Assembly: GCA_039545335.1 (NCBI GenBank)
Contig: BCIN01000001.1
Location: 2,669,136-2,733,135, forward strand
Origin: Kondoa subrosea
Lineage: Eukaryota
Length of the DNA: 64,000 bases
Direction of reading: 5' to 3'
Part shown: piece by piece, positions 30,095 to 43,271 of the stretch
Layout of the letters: each line of letters begins with the position of its first letter
Numbering within the stretch: the first letter of the stretch is position 1
Made by a program: the position numbers and the translations under genes
The notes under the pieces: generated by a model
The model's input: the letters and a program-made list of their open reading frames with translations, nothing else
Database searches by the model: none
Told to the model about the DNA's origin: nothing

Positions 30095-31210
30095 TTCGTT
30101 TTGGCAAAGGAGTGCGGTGTGAAAAGAGTGTGAGTGTGTCGTTCTGTTGAAGTGTATTGAAAAGCAGTGTTTGTCGTGAAGCAAAGCCAAGCAAGCAAGC
30201 AGAAATATTGTCACCGCGCAACGACATTCTCGCCGACTTTAGGCGTCAAAACAAACGATCCAATCGTGGGTAGAAAGGTATCGCCATCGGTGCAGACCGA
30301 GCACAGAGTAAGATGCACCGCTCTTGCGTGCACCTCATCTTGCAAAATGAGGCGCGCCTCTGGGCACGAAAGTAGAATAATCATAACGAAAGCGGAATGA
30401 AGTTCAAGCCCAGACTTCAGAGACAGCTCTACTTCTTCGCTCGAGCTATATGGAATGAGCGAGGTATTTTCACGAGCACAGATAAGGGGAGACAGCGTCG
30501 CTCATTTGCCACCTATGCGAAGTAAATGAAGTTAGACCTCAGCACAAAGCTAAGGAGTAGCATTTAGCCCCGTGCCACTTGATGCTCCTGGGCCTTTGGA
30601 GGCGGTACAGACAGAAAAAGAGCCACAGGAGATTGACTGGAGCAAGATTGGAGCTTCGTTGCCAGATCTGTTGAATCGTTTCATTTCACCTCCAACCATG
30701 CTCGTTCGAAGCGAGTGGTCAAAATTGGTTGTATTTGCGGTCAAGCTGCGCGAGACGAAGATGCACACGAAGATGGAGGTAGTAAGTACATGATGGCCAA
30801 ACCAAAAGACAAATGCAATGGTTATCAGATCAAGCTGGCCGGATCCATCTGGCAGCGGCGTGTCACTACTAGATCACTACAAGCATATGGCCCGTGGCAA
30901 AGCACAGCTGTACTCCGTAAATCAGCGCTGTTCCGTTTCTCAAGTATCTGCTGCTCTGTGCTTTGCGCTCCCTCGGGAAAATTGTCTCACCTTTGATAAT
31001 GTCTCTCTGTTCTCTTCTGCCGTGCTTGGGGAGATCTGATTGGCATTCTCGACAAAGGGCTCGGCTGTGGTCTCTATGACGCTTCGTAAAGCGGTGCGCT
31101 GCTTTTACCCGGGCGAACACAGTCTACTCTGCGCTTCTTTACATCTCTTCCCTAATCTACCAGCAACTTTGCAAACGCTCAGAAATGAATAGAGCACCTA
31201 TCAACTACTA

Positions 31211-34200
31211 ATGAATTCAGATTTACACTTGCGAAGTCTGGCAGCAAGCCAGCCAGCGGCGCCTCTACGCCGAGCTGTTCCTATTCCGCGAACATACAAT
31301 CTCTTTGGAGCGGATAAGGCTACTACATCACTGGCGAGATCTCCTCTCGCGAGAGGTTCACCTCGACGACCCGCCTCGCTTCCCATGGCCCAAAGTTTTC
31401 CGCCTAGAACGCGGCCTACCGATGCTCACTTTACTTCTGTGCCTCCGCCGCTTGGTTTAGGACGGGCAATGCCTATTCTTCCGGTCAGATATTTCGGTTG
31501 ATCGTGTTCACAGCTATTGATGCACAAAGTAGCCTCGTCCGCAGCCGCAAGCAATTAGGCCTCGTCCGCTAGAGCATCTGCGCCCTCTGCCTCCTGTATC
31601 CTCTTATACGCACCTCCCATATTCCCGTGCTTATACAATCTTCTAGCCACCTTTTGGACTTCGCCCGACTAAATCTTCACCTGACTTGAAGCAAGCTACC
31701 TTGCCAGCCTCAGTGAGCTATCAAATACGTCTTGCATGTATGAATTGAATTTACTTTGTTCAGTTGGAAAAGGACTATCAAAAACCTAATATGAAGACGG
31801 TCGACGCGAAGAAAGAAAAGAAAGATGCCACGGATAAGAAAGCAGATGACAAGAAATCAGAGGATAAAGGGAAAGAACAATTTGAGAAAGACAAGAAAGA
31901 TTCAGAAAAGAAAATAGCGGATGATAAGAAAAAGGCAGTAGGTCAACCAATTAGGAGCAGTCCAAACTCTCGGCTGATTTTCACTAGGACGAGGATAAGA
32001 AGAAAGGTGAAGAATTCGTCAAGAAACAAGCTGACGATGCCAAAAAACAAGCTGAAGAAGCGAAAAAGAAAATGGAGGAGGAAGTAAGCCTCGGGTTGAG
32101 AGAATCGATCTATAACTGATAGAGAGAGATAGAACAAGAAAGCTATGGCTGCTGGTCCAAGTCTGACGGTTAGTCTCGCTGTTTAGTTCTTAATTTTACT
32201 AATTTTAAAGCTCAGAGCATGATGGTAAGTAAGCGGAAGCTCCAAAGGATCTACTCTCAATGAATATAGGGCGCTCCACGTCCGATGCTTCCGGATCTGG
32301 CTCCTGCTGCGTGTGTTATGTTATTAGCTTGATTTGGCGTGATCGCTGATCGGCCATTTCTGTACAAGCCCACCTGCTCCAGTGAGTCTTCTGGACTATA
32401 TCGGGCCTTATCTGAATCTGTTGCTATATAGCCCGCTGCGCCAGTCAGTAATTACGAATTTCTAGTTTACCGTCTGATAGTAGCTACATAGGCAGCTCCA
32501 CCGGCTCCAGTGAGCCAGACATATACTGAACTCCATATTTGCTAATAGAGCTGCTATCTAGCCACCAGCGGTAAGTCGGTTTGTGCATTTCTGATCGTGT
32601 CTGATCTGCTTCGTTATCAGCCTGCACCACCGTACGTAGAACTTGCCTATGCTGATGTGCATTATTTGATTTGATCGTGGTCATTACAGACCAGCTGTAA
32701 GCACTTTCAAGATGTGTCCTATTTCGCAATCTCTGAAATCATTTTGACTTAGGCTGCTCCACCTGTCAGTCAGTGCTCTTGTATGACCTGAGTCTGATTC
32801 TGATGTCAGACTTCATTTTAATGTAGCCACCTGTAAGTGCTCTTGTATGATTTTATCATCCCAGACTCACCTTGATCGTAGCCACCTGTTTGTCTTGGCT
32901 CCTTCTGCCTTTCGTGCTGATCTGAACTTTATTCTTGGTAGCCTCCAGTCCGTTCGGCTTTCTTCATGTAGGGTTGCTTCTGACTTTTTTTCTAGCGTAT
33001 GTCAAAGGCCTCTTCCGTAGCACTCATATCTACGCCTTTGATTAATAGCTCCGCCGCCGCCACCTCCCCCTCCACCTATTCCGTAAGCTCGCTGCAATGC
33101 TCGCAAGACTTATGCTGAAATAGTGTCGCTTGGAATCGTCAGGCCTCCGTAAGTGTTTGGTTTGCGTGATCTGCGTATATACTGACATACTGACTTAGTC
33201 CTGTGAGCCTATCACGCAGTCTGTCTAGCTGTTACTGATTTGCTGGTGATTTCAAAGCCACCGTACGTCCAAGCTTCTGAAATTTTCTAATATGGCATAA
33301 GCTTACACCCTTGATGCTGTAGCCCACCACCACCTGCAGCACCGCCGAAGGCACCAGATCCACCTGTAAAGTTCATACCAAGATTCCGGACTTGCGCTGA
33401 TCCCTGTTTTCGTCTTGTAGAAGCCGGTATGCTGGCTTGATCAACCTTTGGAGATCTCTACTAATGTTGCTGTGTGTTCATAGCCAACGCCAGCCGCTCC
33501 AGTTAGCCTACCATTTCTTGTCGATGTCTGGGCGAGTCTGACTATCTCGGGTATTCAGGCTGCCGCTCCCGTTCCTACTCCAATTCCCGCGATGGTCTAT
33601 CCTTGGGCGGAAATAATGCAACAGCTTGCTCCTGCTCTGATGCAGCAAGCTCAGATCAAGCCTGCGCAAAATGATCCTAAGGCAATCGAGGATTCTGTAC
33701 ATCAGCACAAACCGCAAGAAAAGCCTCAAGAGCACAAAACCTCAGTCGGTTTAATTCGTCCTAGCAGTGTGACGTAGACTCATTGATTTGGTTCAGCGCA
33801 ACGTGCCTTCGGCAGGACGCTTTCGCAAAGTATGGTCATTCCAGGCTCAATGTACACCCTCTAATATTGCTCTGTAGCTCTCCGACGAATGGAATCCCAT
33901 GCAAGACATGATGGAACAACTTGGCGTGCCGGAGCGAGATCGGTATGGTAGCGTACATGTCATAACGAGCCTGTATTGATTGATTGTCTAGGCCCAGTAC
34001 CGGTCAACCGTCTCGGAGAGTCTCTCCACCATTTCATCATGCCGATTTACCTCAAACCAGAGCTCCAGGCATCCCTGCTTTTGGTCAGACCCCACGACAA
34101 TTCTCGCGGTTTCCAGTAAGTGAGCCATAGGCCAATAGGCTCCACGTGCTTATAGGTTTGCCTAGCAGGAGGCGCCCCTGCAAGCACCTATTTTGGAAGA

Positions 34201-36061
34201 CTATGGCCTTCCAAGTTCCGACCGGTCTCGTAACGCTACGAGTGATGTCCCTGAATTGGCAGCAGAGCCACAGAAAACTACATCAGAGCAAGCAACGCCT
34301 TTTAATATCGATAAAGAAGTACAGCAACCAGTTCTCTCAGTCGCAAGCGAGATGTTGCAACCTCTCGCCAATCCTGCTTTACAAAGCACTGTACCTCGAC
34401 ATAGACCACCTGATCCGAACGTGGTACCAAACAATTCTTTGCCGGAAAGGCGTTTCATTTCCCCAAATACCGACTTTGCAGATCTTCGCGAAGTATCTCC
34501 TCAGAATACGCCTAGGTAGATCATGTGAGAGAATACTGTAAACTTAAACTTATTGAGATTCCAGATCTACCGTGTACGAAGCTCTGCCCGAAAACCAGGA
34601 TGGTACATACACCGCAGTCGCTAGCAATGCGCAGAATGATTTGTGAGTCAGTCGGTTTATGATTTGATTTTGCGTTGAGTAGATAGTAATTAGGCCAGCT
34701 GCTTATACTCCTCTTGCGTGAATTGCCTTTTTTGCATACTGTACAAAACTGATTGCGTACATAGGCCTCACACCAAGCCTCTGCCATCTCTTTTTCCTCG
34801 CGACTTTCATAACTTCTTCTCGCCGCCGAAAGGTGATTGGCGAGAGTCTCCAAAGGTGAACGACCCGCATATATTTCTGCCTCGTGTCTAAACAATCTGT
34901 TTTCAGTCTACGCCTAAGCGGCAAAAGCAGTCAAAACTACACACTACTACACTCTATGAGGATCCTTTTGCATTGAATCAGGACGAGCACGCCCAATATG
35001 TAAAGGAACCAAGTCATGAAACCAAGGCAGGCGCTTTTCATGTCAAAATGTTGACCCGTCTGACGCATCGCAGAGCAACTGGCTAGAACCAGAGAACATT
35101 GCTCACGGCTGGCGTACTGCACCTAATACTCCAAGATCTCATAATGTGCATCAAGTGATTAAGTTAACTTTTAGTACGGATGCGAGCTGATGCGGCACGC
35201 AACAGGACCTATTAGATGTCTTCAACGTGAATTCAGAAGAGACCGAAGGGGCTTTCGAAGCCGCCATTCAGATGAACAGTCACCGTCGACCTGCTTTGAC
35301 TTCCGCTCAGCCCTTATATTCTCAGGCACCCGATGACTTGAACGATTTCCAGTTCTACGAAGCGCCATTACATGCAATGCCAGTAATACTCGACCCTGGT
35401 CCTAGTTCAGCGTGACTATATGGCAGCAATTACTAGTGAGCACATCATCTTCAGCCTTGATTGAGGGCAGGCTGACTTCGCGAAGTCCGTCTGTCGAGAC
35501 TCTGAGTGCTGTGTATCAACCAGATCCGCATGAAAATGACCCTCTTCAGCACGAAATGCCATCCTATCCTTCATCTATTGAACCATTTCATGTGAGTCTC
35601 GATTGCCTCGTCCAGCGAGTCACTCTGATGTGTATACGGTATAGCTTGGGTGCCTGAGCCTTACTCTTTCCGTATTCGACCATTCTATCGCAAGACAGCC
35701 AAATGTTGTGCATGAACAGGCTAACAGCGTAGGCTATCCTTCGGTCTATCTCTTCTCTGGCTCCCTTCTAATCTGTGAACTGAACAATCTTCAGGCTATT
35801 CCACATCATGACACAGTTACCACAGTGCCGGATACATTCCAATCTATCATCGAAAGACCGATCTCGCTGGTCAATCACATTACTTCTCGAACGGATGCGC
35901 TTGCAGACTTGCCACACTTTGACCAGTCAGAGCTTTGGGAAGTTCCTGCTCAACAATTGATGCGGCATCGACTGCATCAAACAGACGATCTCGAAGAGAT
36001 GTGTGAAGAAGAAACGTCTTTCGAGATGGGAGTATGGAAAGGATCAGGACCTAGGCATTAG
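31211..36061 (+). CDS. orphan Pro-rich, intrinsically disordered protein encoded by about 40 exons, including a microexon array
   Basis: A continuous reading frame can be built through about 39 GT-AG introns, mostly 44-62 nt. It joins ORF fragments 31211, 31764, 33592, 34193, 35227 and 35708. Lys/Glu/Asp-rich helix followed by a poly-Pro tract. Confidence 0.75.
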
Positions 36062-36182
36062 TGTTGTAACGGCTCTTTACTGAGCATGAAAAATGTATAT
36101 CTTTCAAGTTGTTTCGTCGACCCAATTGTCTGACCCATTTTTGATAGTTTTGGAGATCAGACGATCTTTAAATCTCTCTGCA

Positions 36183-39100
36183 ATGGCAGAGCAGCTTGTA
36201 CGTCAAGCAAAGAGCTATATTGGAGTGATGATCCAATGTTTTGAGCCAGAAAGCGCAAATGCTTGAAAGCAAGCAGCAAGCTCTCCAGTAGGCTCAAGCA
36301 ACCTCCTGATATATCTGTTAAACCCGTGCTCTGCCTTTGATAGGGCTAGCCAAGCCAGAAGAGCGAATTTCCTGGGTCAAGCCTTCGAAGCATTGCGTGC
36401 CCTTCGAGAAATTGGTGTTGCTGTGCAGATCCCTTCAAATTCGACTGGCAATGAAAGCGAGGCTGCCTTCATTCAACACTTTCAAGAGTCTCAAGAGTTG
36501 GTCTTCTCGCTTATGCCAGATTTATATCTCACTTCTAATGCTCCCTTTGATCTTCGCTTAGAAGTGTGCTGGACTATCTACCTACCGAGCTGCCAGCTAT
36601 TGAGGAAGCGCCTATAGGCTCTCCTCTAACGTCTATCTCTTCCAACGATGAATTGGACAAGCCAACGGAACCAGAATCAACCCAGGTTCAAGCAATGCTG
36701 ATTGATACACCTGCAGTCTCGCAAGCGCAGGATGCTTCCACACAAGAAGATCCTGCTAGACCTGTCTCACCCACTAGTGCATCAGTCGAAGCAGCTCTGC
36801 GTCCACCACCGCGAGAAGTCTTTCCGCTTCGACAGAATACTACCGCCAGTACTTCACAGTCTCAGGTCACTAACTCTGAAACTCCAATCACATCTATATC
36901 ACCATCTCTGCTGTCGATGAAGCCTCATCCAGTAGCTTCTACTTCGTCCAGAAGAGCTGATACAAACTGGCGCCCAGCATCTCTACCGTTGCGCTTCGAG
37001 ACCAAGCTACCCAAGCTTCCACAGGTTATACTTCGCAACAGACCTCAAGCAGGTGGACTGTTGCGAAAGAAGAAAGAACGAGAGAAAGATTCTCGGAGCA
37101 GCGGATTGAGCGGTGGAACAGAACTCTTCAAAATGGGTCTCTTGCAACCAACGCACTGTCCAGCCCGCAACATGGTTGGACAGCCGTCAGATAGTAAAGC
37201 AAGAGTGATCAGACCTGGGAAAGTCGTCCTTACGAGCGATTGGTCTGTTGCTATACAAGAATTGAAAGGATTGAGAGCGATGGAAAAGATTGAGCAGCTC
37301 AAGAATGAAGGCAGATGGGCTTTTAGGCAGATCAAAAAGCAGAAAGCACCTTCCATTATCAAGTCACATCGAGATTACATGCTCGACGAAATGGTGAATC
37401 TATAGTATTGACTTCGTTGAATCTATACTGATACTTAGCCCTCAGAAATGGCTCCAAACTGACTTTAAGCAAGAGTCTCGGTGGAAAGTCGCAAGTGCCT
37501 TTTCTATCTCCACCGCGATTCTGGCATATCATGCTGCCTCACCCGAAAATCGTAAAGCCATGTGCATATCGGTCCGTCGTACGCAATTTATCACCGAGGC
37601 AGAAGAAGCAGACGACGTCATCAATACAGAAGAAGTCAACGATGCAATGGATGTTGACCAGCCGATATCAGCTTCCCCTTCCAAAGACGCTCCCGAGCCA
37701 AGTCAAAACATGCCACCTTCTTCCACCTCAGCAAATGCTTCGGCTCAAGTCACTAGTCAAGGGCAGCCTGCCTCGTCTGCCGGTGTTCCCACGAAGAATG
37801 CCTCGGTGTCTTGGGAACAGCTCATACACCTTCGCTCACCATTGTTCCAATTGCCAGATACTGCTACTACTATAAGTCTATCACAGCTTCCGCTGGACAA
37901 GGTTTTACCACCAGACGCAGCTGAAAGAACAAATACAGAACTGCTCAATGGCTTAATGCCTGATATTCCTCTCTATGAAATGTCCCCAGTCCCTGCGGCA
38001 AATGATTTGAATCGTCTTGATCGACGCTTTGACGAATCCTCAGTCAATTATAATCGTATGACCCACGTTTCGAAATGGTTTGACAACAAGCCCTTCTTGG
38101 TCAGTACACTCAATCCAGCAAAGAAACTCAAATTGGACCGAACATGGGGTGATTTGGCCGATATTGGAGTCGGTGATGATCCCCGCGAATATGATCTTAG
38201 ACCCGATACGACTGCTTTTGGACCGAGTCGGTATAGTCTTCTTTTCCAGACGTGCCGAGGTTTAAGTGTTATTCTTCAGATCTCTTCAATGGCCGTAGAC
38301 CAAAAGATCTCGCACCTGGTCTCAACATCGCAACGCCTAAAGAGCCACCTAACGCAAGCTCCAGGAATTTGGATTGGTCTGAAGCGGAAGACAACCTATT
38401 GCTAATGATGTCGAAACAATACTCGCACAACTGGCATCTCATAGCGGAAGTCTTCAATAGTACTACTGTTCGTGTGCCTACTGATCTGCGGCAACCTTGG
38501 GATGTTTATGATCGGTGGAACAAGAGATTTGGTCCTGGTAGTCAACCTAATCTCAATACTGATGGGAAAGAAGCAGCAGGAAATCAAGCTAAGAAAGACA
38601 AAGCGAAGAAGCAGACTGGGTTTGACGGTACGAAGAAGGAGATCAGACATCTCAGTCTGTATGAAGCGGTTAGAGCGATGAGAGCTCGTAGAGATGCGCA
38701 ACCGCCTAAGATGGCTCGTAAGCAGTTTTGTTCAAGAGCAAGTATCTAGCTGAACTTTGTTTGGCATTAGCAAACGCACCTCGCAAAGTCAACCTGTCCT
38801 CGCATGAAACTCACACTCAACCACTTCGACCCATCTTAACGCCTATTGAGATCAGCAAGTTGAAAGGAGAGAATGATCGGCAGCAAGCAGTCCTTCGTCA
38901 ACAGCAGCTCATGCTCCGTCAACAGCAAGCCGCTATGGCTCACCAATTCCAAATGCAACAGCAGCAGAACGCTAGACTGCAACAGCAGCAAATGCAACAA
39001 CAGCAGGCTGAAGCTCAGAACGGGATGCAGAATGGTTCGCAAGGCCAACCTTCGCAACAAGGCGTAAGTGACTTCAATTCTGTTCTGGATCAACAAGCTG

Positions 39101-39541
39101 ACGAGAATCATCCAGTCGCGACCAGGAAGTACTGCTCCGACGAATGGAAGTCCTGTTCAGGGTGCTGGACAACTACCTGTTTCGCCTGCTCCTCAATTCA
39201 ACGGGCAAGTCAATGGCAGCCCTTCAGCAGGTCAACCGAATCAACAGATCCTCGCTTCGATGGCGCTTATGAACCAATTCACTCCAGCTCAAGCAGCTGC
39301 TTTTCAGAATCAGTTCCGAATGAGTGCTAGCTCGCCGGGCAATTTGCAAGGCGGTGACAATCAAGCACAACTTCAAGCGGTTCTGCAAGCTAGGATTGCA
39401 GCAGCTCAGGCTCAACAACATCAGCAACAGAATGCTCAAGGACAGCCATATCCTCAACCAGTCAGTCAGCATTCGCAAAGACAGCCTTCCATGAGCGAAC
39501 CAGAATCGCAACCAGATTTCGCTAGTTTGACAACATTGTAA
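36183..39541 (+). CDS. EAF1: NuA4 scaffold Eaf1/Vid21 (HSA + SANT/Myb domains, Q-rich tail)
   Basis: KIEQLKNEGRWAFRQIKKQK...HRDYMLDEMKWLQTDFKQESRWK (HSA); WSEAEDNLLLMMSKQYSHNWHLIAEVFN (SANT); poly-Q C-terminus. Confidence 0.88.
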
Positions 39542-39629
39542 ACGTAAATTTGATAGGCCATGTCTTGTTAGCAATGTAACCCTGCATGTGTTCGAACGTA
39601 CAACAAGCCCCGAGTCTTTCAGATGCTGG

Positions 39630-42600
39630 ATGTCCTCTCCAAACGATGATTTCAGAATGATACCCGAACGCAGTGATTCCCCTGACAAAAGATACCGCAG
39701 CGAGCATCCTATCGCACCTCAACCTCTCGTCTTGCAGAAATGTGCGCTATCCTATGCAACGTCGCGCGACGCATTGTGTTGATTTTTGGTCCTTCAGATC
39801 AATTATTCGAGACTAGAACTGTGCTTCGCTGTCCTCTCAAGTGTCCTCTGTAGTTTCTGATTGCTTGAATCTCGAAAGCGCTTCTATATCATTGGTTGCA
39901 ACCAGAGCGAAACTCAGTACAAAGTGCTCAAGGTCGATCGCTCGGACCATCGAACGCTCAATGTAGTAGAAGATGGAGCCATCTATAGCAAGACAGAGAT
40001 CTCGGAATTAACGGCAATGATAGAGAACGGGAACAAAGCGACAGGAGGATTAACTTGTCCTATTCCATTGTTCTACGGTATTGCTGGTCAGCAGGCGTAT
40101 TATTAACAGAGTAAATGTATGCTGAGTTATATCGGCAGGTTTCACTCGATTTACAGCTAGCTGGTATGCTGTACTCATCAAGAGAAGATCTGCTGTAGCT
40201 CTGATTGGAGGTCATTATGTCTACCATTGCGAAGAAACGGTCATAGTCCCTATTGATGCAAAGCCAGACAAGAGTACTGAAGAACTGAGGTAAGAATGCT
40301 ATACGGATTCCGAATGATACTGAATTCACAGATGAAGGCTTCTTGCTGCTTTCCAGCAAGTCAATTTATCCAAGAACTTCTATTTCTCGTAGGCTCATAT
40401 ATCGCAACCTTTATCTTGCTTGACAGTATCCGAGCAGATATACCTATGATTTGACAAACACATTGCAACGCAATCTCACACATGGCAAAGCAGACCCTAT
40501 AGCCGAAACAAGTATGAGTGGTGCGGCCAGAGACGGCCCTCCAGCTGCATGGGGATTCAATGACAAGTTCATCTGGAACTGGCATCTGCTGCAAAGCGCT
40601 TTTAACAACCCGGAGGACCAGACCGCTTGGGTTCTACCACTTGTACATGGCTTCTGTGATCAAGCTAGTAAGTCACGAGACTTACGCACGGGAGTTTGAC
40701 TGAGCCGGCAACAGAATTGTCTGTCTTTGGTCGGACTGTCTATGTCACTTTGATAGGTCGGCGATCTCGTCATTTCGCTGGAGCACGGTTCATGAAGCGA
40801 GGGATCAACGATGAAGTGAGATCTTCATTCTTCATACAGACAGCGGTACTGAATGTCTTGCAGGGTTTCGTTGCGAACGATGTTGAAACAGAACAAATCG
40901 TTTCAGAAGCTTTGACAACCCCTTTTCATGCACCTCTTCCTCGCTGGGACATTGAAGCAGCCGAAGATGCGCGCAAACGAAGAGTCAGCCCTCGCTACAC
41001 TAGTTATGTCCAGCATAGGGGAAGTATACCGGTTTACTGGTCGCAAGATGCTTCCGGCATGCAAGCCAAGCCGCCTATCAACAGTGCGTCTCATTCTGCA
41101 CTATCTTCCATACCGTATACTTCTTATAAATGCGATAGTCGGCGTTGTCGACCCTTACTTTTCTGCCGCTGCTTTGCATTTCGATGATCTTTTCGGTCGG
41201 TATTCTACACCTATAATCGTTCTCAACCTCATCAAGGTCTATCTCACTCTTAATTCCATGGAATCAGAACTGATGCACACATAGACCAAAGAAAGTGCTC
41301 CTCGAGAATCGAAGCTTTTGCCCGAATTGACTGAATGTATCGAATATCTCAATCAAACGCTGCCCGAGGAAAAGAAAATTCGATACGTTGGCTTTGACAT
41401 AGCTACCGCAAACAAGAAGTCAGTCCTGCTTTTCCTCACGAGCTGAAGACAAATTGATGTTATTGTTTTAGACACAACGTAGATGTCATTGCTCGCCTGG
41501 AGGATGAAGCTCAGAAAGTCCTTGAAATGACTGGCATCTTCCATAGTGGTCCGCATCCTCTTGCATACAGCGAAGATCAAGATGTGAGCGCAGATGCTTT
41601 ACGATATCGTTCGACCCTATCTTTGCAAACTGGTGTTTGTCGTACGAACTGCATTGATTGCTTGGAGTGAGCTCAGATCTCCTTGTCCTGTCTGACACTG
41701 AGCATTTGCGTAGCCGCACTAATGCTGCACAATTTATTATCGGTCGAGCTGCTTTCGGTCGACAACTACATGCCTTGGGTGTCTTGAAGGATGCAGAGAT
41801 CCCCTTCGATTCTGCTGCAGCTGATCTTTTGACGGGAATGTATCACGATGTGTGCAACATTTTACATCGACTGTATTACTGCTAATTGTGATATAGCATG
41901 GCGATACCATTGCGATACAGTACGGTGGAAGTGTACTTGCGAACACAATCGAGTCGTACAAGATGAAGGAGTGGAAGAGTCGTAGTCGCGATATGCTTGC
42001 TGGAATCAGTCGATACTATGCCAATTCTTTTTCGGGTGGGCTTAGCAAATATTCCGGTCCGCTGAAGTCGCTAAAGTCCTGATTTCACTGGCAGATGCTG
42101 ACAAACAGATCGCTATCAACCTGTTCTTGGGCATGCAGACCGTCGGAATACCGCTTACTGTCAGACCTTCAAATCGATCTTACGTGCATTGGTACACTCC
42201 TACTTTCATCGATCGGGATCCGGACCCAAGCTCAGCTCAGCGGAGTGCTTGTGAGCTTGTTCAGGAGGATGACTCGCATTGGATTGATTAGTGAGTCTGC
42301 CTGTCCTTGTTTGTCACTCTTTAACTTTGATCGTTAGCTATAAGCCGCAATTATTGACTGATATGAAACATCTTTTCGCGTATTCTTTGCATGGCAATCT
42401 AGCCTACACACATCTTCAGTTTGTTCAGTCCTGCTAAAAGATGCTGTGGACTAATTATGAAGCAGTCACGGAGCAGACGCAATGCTTTTCAGCCCCTTCA
42501 AGCCTCGAATGACTCCTCTAGCACTTCGAGATGCTCGCAAGCAGAGCCTTCCCAAGTAAGTGGAATGTCTGTCATGGCAAACCCGCTCAATTACCTTACA

Positions 42601-43271
42601 GAGCAGCCTCCGGCCTAGGAGTCAGGAAATGGATGACCGGAAAGAAAAGCGCTCCAGCAAGTCGAGATATGTCCAGCAGAGTTCCGACGCATGCCGATGA
42701 TGAACGCCATGTTCCGCCTGCTCCAAATGCTATGTCTAGCGAAGCCTTGGGTTATCGTCATCTGCAACCAGCTGTCAGTTCGGCTTTGGCAGCAGAGTAT
42801 GAAGGGTGAGCACACCGACTCAAAGTGATTCTCAGCTTATGTTTCGTGAAAGCTATGTACAGCAATCCATCATCGGTTCGTTATCCGCTTGGATTGGATG
42901 ACAAGCTCTAATATCATCATAGTCTCCGAACAAGATATCAAGATATATGAAACCTGCAATGAGGTACCAGAACGGATTCACAAAGACTCTCCACTCCTTA
43001 GTGCAACTCAGCAGATGTTGTTGGATCATTGCTCTCTGTAGGCTTGGGATACTAGTTTAGGTAGAACTCAGACTCATACTTCCTGCAGCCCTCGGATCGT
43101 CGCGCACCAATTGTTGTGAATGAGACTGTCACTTTCGAAAAGCGGTCTGTTGGCGGAAATCAAGTAACATCTGGGTTTCCTTCTTTAGATGGCCGCCGCC
43201 GAAGATCGAGTTATGGCTTAGGATTTGGGCAACCAAACGGAGAAAAGGTACAAGAAACTAACATTCATTGA
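39630..43271 (+). CDS. FIG4: SAC-domain polyphosphoinositide phosphatase Fig4
   Basis: [44 protein letters not shown], catalytic [27 protein letters not shown]. Confidence 0.93.

Noticed and set aside
30550..31120. Short ORFs in the region between the secreted-protein gene and the microexon gene
   Set aside because: No ATG-started, spliceable model or domain. Treated as intergenic.
31596..31646. Intron starting GTATCCTC, resembling a U12-type donor
   Set aside because: No convincing TCCTTAAC-type branch point. Length and 3' end are ordinary, so probably U2-type.
32200..33560. Periodic short repeats (AGCCACCTGT-like) separated by about 50-nt unique spacers, superficially CRISPR-like
   Set aside because: The repeats are AG/exon/GT junctions of Pro-coding microexons and the spacers are introns. 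The context is eukaryotic with no cas genes.
34521..34924. Minus-strand ORFs of 124 and 73 aa
   Set aside because: Antisense shadows of + strand exons of the 31211-36061 gene.
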